Shown: one piece after another, positions 44,201 to 56,200 of the stretch
Layout: every line of letters starts with the position of its first letter
Position numbering within the stretch: position 1 is the first letter of the stretch
Program-made: the position numbers and the translations under genes
Origin: Lingula anatina
Lineage: Eukaryota; Animalia; Brachiopoda
NCBI GenBank assembly: GCA_051362555.1
Contig: CM120641.1
Coordinates: 42,600,401-42,664,400, forward strand
DNA: 64,000 bases
Direction: 5' to 3'
The notes under the pieces: generated by a model
What the model was told of the DNA's origin: nothing
The model's input: only the letters and a program-made list of their open reading frames with translations
Database searches by the model: none

Positions 44201-47200
44201 AACAATATCACACTGTTACATTAACACATGTGCTCCTTATTTCAGCTTCGTGTTGAGGCCTACTGCAGTGCTTTCCCAGAGAACAAAGCTGTCAAAGAGT
44301 TCTATGTGTATGTGGACAGGAACAGGTATGGACCTGAGGTGCTGAACGGACCATTTTCAACAGATCTTCAGGAGTTCCAGCCACCTGGCTATGTTATTTT
44401 CACTGTGATGGGATCTGATAGAGATGGGGTAAGATTACACTTGGATATGTACACAGTTTGTATCATATAGTGTTGTAATGCAAAGATTACTACAGAGTGT
44501 AAAGTTGGTTGTATGGAGGACAGTTTCAAAAATAAACTTGGTTGGTCAGAATTTTTAGACCAGAATTTTTGTCCTTTTCAGTTTGGGATAAATCTGCAGA
44601 AGTCCTCTTATGTAAAATTGCTTTTTTTTTAATGCTGTCAGGGTGCTGTATGAGTGTGATCACTTACAAATCTGCTGCACGTTACAGTAAGAATTAGTGT
44701 AACATATTGTGCAGTACTCCAGGTTAAGATTATTGTCAGGATAGCTTGCTTTTTAAGAAAAAATTGAACAATGTTGATATTTTTAAAATGTATGTTAATT
44801 CCCTACCTGAATGAAGACAAGAAATTAAAAAGTCTCTCTTCTGTATGAAAGAAGCAAATACCATTCAAAAGAAGTACTGGTTATAATTGACAATCTGTAT
44901 TTTTGTTCACATCCTACTGTTACAGTAATATAAAATTCATAATTTATTTTCCCTAGGACCAGTTGACATACAGAATTGTTGGAAACAACGATGTGAAGCA
45001 CTGGTTTTACATACAGCCTGACACTGGAGAGTTACAATTGAAGTCGCCTCTGTCTGAGACCAACATTACTGATTTTAACTTCCACATCAACATCACTGAC
45101 AGAGGCTCTCCAGAGAAGTTCATACTGACCCCTGTGTCTATAAAGGTCATACGAGACACTGGGCCACCCAAATTTAATGGGCCTTACAGCGCTGCAGTCA
45201 ATGAAACTGTCAATATTGATACCTTTGTGATTAATGTGGCAGCTGAGGACAATGACCTAAAGGTGAGATTTTAATTCGGTTCTGTTCAGTTAATTTTTCT
45301 CTTATGAATTAATTGATAAGATTGGATTCAAAATGGAAAAAAGTAATTTGTAAATAATAATGGCAATAATGATATTAGTAAAATACAGTAGTGCAATATG
45401 GTAAATTAATTAGAAGAGGGGGGACTGATCCTCTTTGAATATTATTATAAAAAACTGTCTGGCACTAGATGGCACCCAGATGTATATCTTACATGGGACC
45501 AAGTTAATACTTGAGTAAACATAACATCAGACTGCATTTCTTGAACATTTCCATTTTTCCCCCAGGGCCGGCTGATCTATGATATTAATGGCATCAGCCC
45601 AGCACCACAGCGTTTTGTAATAAACCAGAATGGAGACATACGTGTCAAAGACAGGCTGGACAGGGACAATAATGAACAATACAGAGTGAGTGATAGTATT
45701 GTATGTCTTTATACATAGAAGTTTATTTTAAAAGGTTAAAATGGCGAATGAGGATGAACAGAAAAGCAAATGATAAGATTTCATTGAGTCAGTCGATCAG
45801 CCATTGGTGCTGTATATTCTCTGAGAATATGATATATTCTAGAGCTATACCAAAAGAAAATTTAACTGATGTAAAGCTTATTTTAAGATAGATCAGAAGC
45901 CATGTTAGTGCTGTTTGGCTCATGCTTTTTATTTCTATGTGTTATTTCAGATTGTGGTCATAGCTTATGATGAGAAGTACCCCAGCAACGTTGGCAGTGC
46001 CACAGTGACAGTGACAGTGAATCGTAATGTGTACAGACCAGAGTTCACAAGGACGGACTACTCGGCCACTGTGGATGAACACGCCCATGTGGGTCACTTG
46101 GTCACCAATGTCACAGCAATTGATGGGGATTCAGATGTAAGCAGTATAGTTACTGACAGATTATCAGGATCATTTTTAAGTTCAATTACTTATGGCTTGG
46201 TGATTTTTCTTTTATTTGTAACCAATTGGAATAAAACATTTACATATAATTTTATCGCAATTCACAATTACTGAATACCTTGCTTCGACTGATTTTTTTT
46301 CTCATTTTTTAATGGTGAAAAATATTCAATGTACTACAGCAGTTTCAAACATTACTTTTTATTTTTGCAGGGAACCTTGTATTACAATATTATTGGAAAC
46401 GAAAATGCCCCAGAATACTTTTTCATCCATCCAACTTCTGGGCAAATCTTGATCAGCAAGGTTCTGTGGAAGGATGCTACTCAGGCCACCTCATATACAG
46501 TATGTAGTAATTCATTAATATATAAGATATTGTATTTGAGTATCACAGTAAAATATTAAAATATTCATTATATTTGTTACACATCAAAATGCAATTTTCT
46601 GTCACATCAGATGCACCAAATTTGTTACAATACTTACTCAGTTAATTTAAACAACACAGATGATTAATCTCCCCAACAAAATATTTTGTTGTATCATTCA
46701 CAAAACATGTCATGCTGCAGTCAGTGTTCAGTATTTTACATCACACCTAGGGCCTTAGATTAAAATTAAGTCTCTGTGGCTGTTATACTTCTAAGGGTGA
46801 TTTGATGGAAAGAAAAATGATTTTCTTTTATTTTACCAGGTTGTGGTTGAAGCTAAAGACCGTGGTACTCCTCAAAGGTCCAGCACGGCAGTGGTGCTTG
46901 TATCTGTCACAAGGAACCAGTATGCACCAACATTTGAGAGGGTTGCCAACCTCACCATACCTTCACACCAAGAGGTCGCCACAAAGATTTACACTATAGT
47001 TGCTAGAGATCCTGATCCAGAGGTAAGTCTATGACACTGATACTTAGTGTGGAGGGAGAAGGAGGAAGGGTTAACACTAATTTTTTCTCTTACTTTAATA
47101 TATCATCTGCACTATCGCATTACCACCAGTCCCACACAAAATACCAGTAATACTGAGGAAAAATGAAGTCCCTAAGGGTTATAGTGAAGATTCTTACAGT

Positions 47201-50200
47201 CTGACAATATTCTCTCTTTATATATGCAAATAAAAAGAACAAATTTGTTCATTTGTTTCTTTTTTTTACCAGGGTCCTAACAGTGTGATCAGATACAGTG
47301 TAGTAGGCCAGCACAATGACACCTTCCAGATTGGTCCTGATTCTGGTGTTCTTTCTCTCCGGAGGTCTATTGTCAGGGACACCAGAGAGCTCTACATTGT
47401 AAGTAAATATGGGTGTGGCGGTGGTTAAATGTTGTATTTATATATTAGCACAAACATATAGCATTATTTGACATAACATGGCCATATTACTGTTTTCTAC
47501 CTGCGAGGCATGGTTCATTATGTGACCTTGATCACACACCTGATACATTTGGTCTATTTAGAAACCATTTTCTTTTCTATTTTCATGACACATGAGATGA
47601 TGAAAAAACCTGTTTTGACACCTATTTCCTGTTAACATTTATAATGGATATACCATCAAACACCTGTTCTATTCCAGGTCACAGTGAGAGCCACAGATGG
47701 TGGCAGACCAGTGCCTAAATACAGAGATGTCAACATCTGGATCAGGGTGGTTCAGAACACCACAGTACCGAGGTTCACCCAGAGCGAGTACAGAGCCAAT
47801 GTCTCCGAGTTGGCGCCACTCAACCAGTTTGTGGTCCAAGTAGAGGTCATAAGAAATGGACTGGCACTACTGGTAGGGTATACATTCTTATATATCCACA
47901 CTTCATCAATTCTGGCGTAAACTGTGAAAATTACCTTGTAGCCTTTCACAGGTGCAAAATGAATAGGGCATACTACATCCAAAACTGTTGACAAAATTAC
48001 GCTTTATAACCTTGTTTTTGAGTTAAAAGTTTTCAGCTTGCCTGGAAACAGGCAAATTCCTTTTGTAATAGTAAAAATAATCATCTATATGAGCTTGAAA
48101 ACTGATTTGTACATGGCAGTTTTTTAAAGGTTTCGAATTGCTTTTTACTTGGTTGTAAAGGGCAAATTGCTGAGATTTTCAGGATTTTTTTCTTTGAAAA
48201 GGGCATTGCATGTTGTTTATGGTTGGTCATCTTTTAGGTTTTGGCATATTTTATTGTGTGCTTTCCTTACAGGGTGAACTCAGACATGATTTGATTGGCT
48301 CCGGTGCAGAGCATTTCCGCATCAATCGTGACACAGGCGCCATCTACCTTGCCACCAATCTGAAACAAATTACAGACGTCAACACATTCAGTGTATGTTT
48401 GTAGAGAATTTGTCTGCTGTATTTGCAGAATTGTTGTTATTTAGTACAGATAAAGGATTAAGTGAATTATTTCAAACAATATGTTATACTGGTATGCTTT
48501 TGTTTTACTCTGGAAAAGTAACTTAAAGTACCATGCACATGAGAAATTTGAATTAAACCATATGGTGGACAGATATGTAAAATGTAGATAATTTAATAGA
48601 GAATGTAAGTTAATCTTATATTTGCCATCTTTTATAATTGTAGTTGACAGTGGATGCCTACGACACAAGAAATGCTGAATATGGTCGTAGCTCTGTTCCA
48701 GTGTACATCCGAGTGCTAAGAGTGGCAGAACCAATCCGCTTCCTGTACTCTGCCTTTGCCATCAACATCACCGAAACACAGGAGAGAATTGTGCCAATAC
48801 AGAGAGTCACTGCTACTGATCCAAAGGGAGTAAGTTGCATTGATAGCATGACAGAAAATACAGTGAAAGGAGTGAAAAACACTATGTTGAGCTTAATACA
48901 CAGTCATGTCACTTCAGAGTTTAACCCAAAGGCATTATTTCCAACCTTATACAATTGTACAATCACATATTCGATCCTTATTCAATATCAATGGTTCATG
49001 ATCATCTGCACTGTTTGGGAATACAAAGTTTTACTAATACAGTGTTGAAAGATTTACAACTAAAATGCATTACGTGATTGGGTGCCATACTTGTAGATTT
49101 TATATTTTACAAAAATTGAAAGGTAGTAAAATATGAGTGTCTCTTTTTCTTTTAATAGGGTCAGTTGACATATTCCATTGATACAGAGGCATCAACCAGG
49201 ACATCTCCACAACCCATCACACACTGGTTTTATATCCATCCAACAGAGGGAGACCTGTCAGTAGCCAGCTATCTCACAGGGGACCCAGAGAAAAGAACAG
49301 AGTATAAAGTATGTTCTATAAACAGAGTATAAACTTCAGCTGAAAAATGGAAAGTGTATGGGAAGAGATATGCAGTAGTTGTGTATCATTGTAAAGTCCA
49401 GTATTTAAAGCATTTTGATATGATAAGAATTGCTTTTTCTTCCCTTTCAGAATTTTAAATGTTATAACACGGTCATGATACCTTGTTGTGGAATAAGCAT
49501 CTGAAATCACTATGTACACGAGGAAAGCATATTGGGGCAGTTGTACTGATATCAAGATATTATGCGATGACATTTCTAAATGCAGATATGAGCACCATAA
49601 CCACCCTATTCAGTGCTTTTGATATTATGATTAAATCCCATTTGCATATTTTAGTTGGTAATAAAAGCAACAGACAGAAGCATTCCTCCAAGAAGCGCAA
49701 GCACAATTGTCAACATCTACGTCAGCAGAAACATGCACGCTCCTGTATTCTCAAGGTCAACATACACTGCTAATGTGTCTGAATCAGACAGAATCAACAC
49801 GGAGATTGTCACTGTCAGAGCTACTGATTTAGATGGAGTAAGTGGACATTTCACCCAGTTTTCACAAGTTTTTTTTTTCTTTTTAAAACCTTGACTAGTA
49901 GACTACATGGCAATGATGAGTTTGTCAAAGTAATATTTGTCATCAAATCAGATTTTGCAATTAAGTCCTTAAAAAATCAAAAACATATACAAATTTATTC
50001 TGTCTCCAGATACCATCATGTAGCTGATTATATTCCAGTGAACAATCCACAACATTCTTATATGATTCAGAATATAAATTTTCATAATTGGTTTTCAGGA
50101 TGCAGTGAGATACAAAATGGCAGTTTCCAATGAAGTGACCTCATACTTCACGCTGGATGAGGTCTCAGGCACCATCAGCATCTTCAGGAACCTTCAGACC

Positions 50201-53200
50201 ATCCCTGGCGACTTGCTAGAGTTCCAAGTAATTGCCACGGACAGACGAAACCCAGAGAAGACCAGCACCGCCACAGTGATCGTATACGTCAGCAGGCCCT
50301 CAGTTTTGCCAGTTTTCAGCACTGAATCCTACAATGCCACCATCTCAGAGTATGTCAGAGTGCAGACACCTGTACAGACAGTCAAAGCTGATGGACGGGT
50401 AAGAATATAGGTGTACCTCAATGGAAGATGTTTATAAATGACTTAAGTTAGTTTGATGGAATATGTGAAATGTTTATATATTTTATTTTTAGTTATTATT
50501 TATTTATTGTAACTAATTTCAGCTGTTGCAACCTCATATGACACAATGAGCATTCTCTGCTTTGTTGTCAAGTTTCTCCATTGCTCGCCTATTTTTTTCA
50601 TTATTTTAATTCTATTTTTGTTTCTTGTATCTCACAAGTGCATCATTTCTATTTCAATAATGACTAATATACATATATTTATATACATGTATGTATTTTT
50701 ATAGAACTCCATTCGATACACTCTTCAAGGCAGAGGCAGTACCACTGGTGCTGCCAGATACTTTATCATCAGCCCTAATACAGGCGTTGTCACTGTAGCA
50801 CAGTCATTGTACACGGATCTCACACAGACAAAGCTGTACCAGGTGAGTACATGTATAGTAATGTCATCATGCTGTAGTATTGACAATGTTGTTACTGTTC
50901 AATACCATAACTGACAAAGTGAGGCTTAATATTGCATGAGAATTCCACACATGACTTTGTGGTTATGACAGTTGGTCATATACAAGTTTCCATTTCACAG
51001 TGTTTTTTCTGTGCATCATTGTGCGGTGTAGTTCAGTCATGATCATATTTGACAACACTGACATATATTATAATTATAACATTATGACAGTGCATTTCAA
51101 TGATATGACAGTTACAATTGGCATATACTAACAACATGGACATGGAATGGGCTGTCTGTAGTTTTGAACTAAGTCCTGTCAGTTTGCTCTGTTTCACTTG
51201 TCATTTACAGGGATGCCAATGACAACAGTTTCAACATTTAGATAACTTACCAGTATCTGACTCGTGAAGAGCACAACTTTATACATAGTCACAACTAAAT
51301 GATTTGTATTTCAGATGGAAATCACAGCCACAGATACAGTTGGAGCTATCCCATACACTGCTACAGCATACCTCGATGTTATTGTTTTACGAAACGAACA
51401 TGGTCCAAAGTTCAGCCCTGACAGATATTTACAAAATGTCAGTGAGGAGATTCCGTATGGCACCAACTTGGTGACTGTCAGTGCTACCGATGAAGACAGC
51501 ATTCTACAACCTGGAGTAAGTATGAAATTGGTGATTGTCAACAATGTGAAAATAGTTCTCTGTTAAAGGCATTGAATCCAATATCTTAAATTATTTTCAC
51601 TGTGTAAAATAATGATAATAATGTTCAGCAATTATACCAATTGCTGCTGAATATTCCAAAGAGCAGCACAGTTATCCCTTCAATTTTGTTATTGTTATGA
51701 TATTTATGTGATGTGTCACCAACCTAGTGGTAGTCAAAGCAACATCAGTATGTAACAAATGCCATTTTAATATCACTGTGACAATAAACTGCATTGAATT
51801 TGCATTGAATGATGATTTTTGTTTTTATTCCTTTATTGCATTTTCATTCATTTATTTGTTTCAGTACCCTAGCTCAAAGATTACATATAGTATCAGTTCC
51901 CAAGATCAGCTAGGTAACAGGTTCTTCCAAATCCACCCCGACTCTGGAGTTGTCTCCATCAGACAGCTACTGGTCAATGACATTGACAGGAGAACTCAGT
52001 ACACGGTAGGTGTTATACCCTGGACAGGAAATCTCAATATTTTTAGTATTTCCTAAGATTTTGTCTCAGATTCTTTGCTGTAGTAAATGTGAGTCAATAA
52101 TTGCATCATGGACAGACTTAATAACATTATAAAACCAAGACTCATTTGAAAAGTCTTCTTTTTTTTTCAGTTTACTGTCATTGCCAAAGATGGAGCCACT
52201 GTTCCCAAGAGTTCCACAGCATTGGTTGTGATTAATGTAGCAAGACAAGACCAACCAGACACTGGAGAGAAGGTCCTAGGGTTTGAAAAGAATTTATACT
52301 AGTAAGTAAAGCACTAATCTCAAAAATAATAATATATGTACATTTTACCTTATATATACATATACAACTAATTAATTGATATATTTAAGTATAAAAGCAA
52401 GACAGTTCTGATCAAATCATTGCAATAATCATCCACATTTCAGATTCACTTATTTATTAATAATATCATTTTGTGCTTGTGCTTCATCTTTCTTCATGTC
52501 ACATGTCATTTAATTTTAAATGCTTTTAATTTCAGCATTGGCACTAAAGAAAATGTGGCCAAGAACAGGAAGCTGCTGCACTTGACAGTTCGATACTCTT
52601 TGCTCAATGCTGCTGTACAGTGTAACATTGCTCCTAGAGATATTGGTAGTAAGTAATATATGTGTTGCTGAATAGAGCCATTTGATAGTAGTTAGATTCT
52701 AAAAGCTATGAATTATTATACTAGTACCTGTAATATGTACCTTTCTGTCACAAAGAACACAACACATAACTGACTTACCATTACAATGAATGTATCACAA
52801 CGGTTCTTGCCACGCCAGCCTCTTGTATAACTATTGTCAGATGTGGGTCATTTTGTCTTTAGCATGACCACATTGAATTCTGTTGTTTTTTCAGATGTGT
52901 TTGAAATCAGAAGGAATTTCAAGGATTGTGAACTTTGGCAGATTGGAGATCTGGACAGGGAGGCTGTGGACTTCTACAATTTAACAATTACAGTCGAAAA
53001 TGTTAACCCAGAGAACTCTAGGAAAAAGAGGGGTAGGTTTTTGCAGACAATGTTTAAAGACTGTAGACATTTTTAGACATTTTTTTCTGGATAATGGTTG
53101 AGTGCTTGTCTCGAGATGTTGGAAGATGTTCGTTCAATCTCCAATGATGTGTCCATACCAAAGATTATTAAGAAAATGGTACCTACACGTCCCTTTGTAA

Positions 53201-56200
53201 ACATTAGTATTTGTATTAGCATGTGTGAATAGTCCCCCACCTGATATGCATAAAAGCGTTTAGAAAAGCTCTTTCCTTCAATATGTGATGTGGCCAAACA
53301 ATTTTCACGGTGCATTAAGATAAACAGTAAAAGAATATCCACAATAAATTCGGCAACCGAGAGGTGCGGCAACATATAGATAATTGCGGTAGTATTTATG
53401 CCGAAACATCAAAATGAATAGCCCCGCCGTTCGAGCCTTTTAATCAGATTCAGATCAGATTAACCAATCAAAGCAACGGAAAGGGGGTCACGTCACCTTC
53501 CCACCAGGCCATGCCATGTAAACAAAGCAGCATGGTCGGCTGTAATGAAGAGTCTGAGGAGGGAGACGCGAAATCTTCGCCAAATTCTCATCTTTCGTGT
53601 TGCATGCACATAGAAGAAGGTAGCTAATTAAGAGACTCTAGATACCATCACACGTGTTCGCTGGGAAACTTTTAGAGTCGCAGCGAAACAATGGCTGAAA
53701 TTTGGCAGCAGAGAAGCCGCTGCTGTTCAGTGGATCCGTACAGTACGGATTTAGATAAGGAATCGACGATTTGGAAGCCAAACCACGATGTCACTTTTCT
53801 TGCTACAGAAAGCTAATTAACAAGAAGGGGCTATCTCAGGCGGCAAAGAAGTATGAGAAAGCTGAGAAACAAGGCAGTCCTGCTGAAGAAGGTATGTCAA
53901 CATATTGTAATTTGTTTTTAAGTCAGCCCCGATCGTGTGATGTTTACATTGTAAGTGGCTGATGTTACATATCAATATGTGACTGATAAAAGTGATATGA
54001 AAGAAAGAAAATAAGAAAATGATAAAAAAGTTTATTAGTGTTATTATTATTTTATTTGTAAATACTTAAAGGTTTTAAGATATGAAACAACTCCTCTCTG
54101 TTGAATAAGACCCCATTTCCAGAGATTAGATAGATCTACTTTAGGGGTTCACGCTAAACAGCTGTCAGTGGGGCGGACACGAAAGTTAAATACCCCCTTA
54201 CAGCTTGTAGTAGGCGGGACGGACATTTAAGCCGGATTATCTGACAGTAATCTAGTTAGACTCCCCGCGGGGACAGATCAATCTAAAAGCTCTGGGAATA
54301 CAGCCTAAGCTAGCTGTATGTTCTTGCCATGATTAACATCTCATTATTAGTTCATCCATATTTATCATAATTAGCATTGCATTTACACAAAATAATGTAA
54401 GGCTTCACACAACAAGATATACAAACAAATGTTATGGTGGGATTTTATGAGACAGAGGCTTAAGTATCATGGTAGAATCTTTTATGTTATTTGTGGAGTG
54501 TTCCTCCCCCCCAATACATTGCTGCACATGTGCAACCATTAGTGAATATAAATATGTATAGGCTAAGCCCAACTTCAATGAGAATGTATTTTAGGGAATA
54601 TTTACTGTATCTTGTGAGCCAGAAAAAGTAGGATAGCTTTTCACAGAACAAGCTGCAATGTGATTAATTTAATTAGGACTGTTAGGAATAATCCTTGTAA
54701 CTTTCCCTTATGAATAGAATCAGTAAAGGTATACATAAATAGTATCAATAAAGAAATACGTTGACAAACAGTATCAATAAAGGAATAATGATAATGAGTA
54801 GGGTGACTGGTAGATATAGTTCAGTTTAAAGAGAAGAGTCACTTTTATTCAAGGCATCTGATATTAATCTGGGCAGCAGAATGCTAGTGGGCTCCCTATT
54901 AATTATTAGATCTTTAAGCTTGATTAATTTGTCTTAGTTGCAACAAATATTAAACAGTGGGTCTCATTTGCCTATAGTTTGTTACAGCTTAGTTCCTCAT
55001 AAAAGGAACATGCTGAGCCACTAATACATTGAATCCTATACCTACCCTATGCCCTTTGAATCATGAGGATATATGTAATTATAGTTGTCAATATCACTTG
55101 GTGTCAATCATGTGATAAACTCACATGCGACTGTCTTATCTTATTTCATTATTATTCATTTATTTTATAGTTAAATCATAGTGATTGTATATACAATTGC
55201 ACTTGCAACAATCAAGGATTTGCGGTCTGCTCTGTATTTGCTAAATCATTTGTGTATCCAGGTATCCAGATGTTTTTATTTGAAATATGTATTCTATGTT
55301 GTCTTTTTATTTATACAGGGCAACTGTTTTTATAACTGAATTTTGAGCACATTACTATTTTTACATATCTTTGTTACACCCACTTGAATATTTATCCAAC
55401 GTTAAAGTTGTTTCTGTAGTAGTCAGTATCTGCACATTATAATGCACTAATATATATGGTATGAAAAGTAAAATGTTATTTTGCTTCTTTTACAGAACCA
55501 TCAACCAGTTGTACTCTTCCCAAAATACAAGGTCCATCTCCCAAGAAATTAAGATCAGTCTCAGGGTTTGGTATATCAAAGTCACCAGTGCTGCCAGCTA
55601 TCTGCACTATTTGTAAAAAAAAAGTTGTGGTCACTTAGTCTAATTTTTGCAAGTGTTTTGATATTTAATGGGGAGACACTCATTTTGATGTAATTTTCAC
55701 ATTCATAATATTTTTTTATTGTTTTGTATGTCCTTAATTTGTTTGAGATTGAGCTATTTAATTCCTGCCAGAAGTGTTTTTCGATTTTTATGTTCAATAT
55801 TTCCAAAAGGTTTTCTATTTAATATAATTTCTTTGGTGGGTTGTTATCTTCGGATAGATTCTGTCCATGTGTTTCCCTTTGTATCTTGCTCAAGACTGTG
55901 CACCTGATTTACAGTTCTATTATCTATTAGTAGTTGTTCCAGTCTAAGACTAATCTTAAGACAGGTTTAGTTATAGTTGAAATAATAGGGTAACTGCCAA
56001 GCTCAGCTCTAAAAATGGTATTGCTAGCCTGCTTTCTTAGACCTAAAATCCATTTGCAAAATTTTAAGTGTACCTGTTCGAATGGCATTTTATTAATCTT
56101 TTTCAGATATGCACAAGAAATGTAGAAAGTTATAATTTCACAGTTTAAATAATTAAGTTGGAAAAAATATATTATATATATATCATAAAAGCCTTGTTAA

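Noticed and set aside
69-52301. Clustered-protocadherin or Dscam-style mutually exclusive exon cluster
   Set aside because: There are no per-unit start codons or signal peptides and no runs of same-type alternative exons. Exons alternate strictly and read through as one chain.
54120-54330. GC-box/CpG-rich patch inside the transposon as a tRNA/SINE or promoter
   Set aside because: No cloverleaf or clear A/B boxes; probably part of the element or another small insertion.
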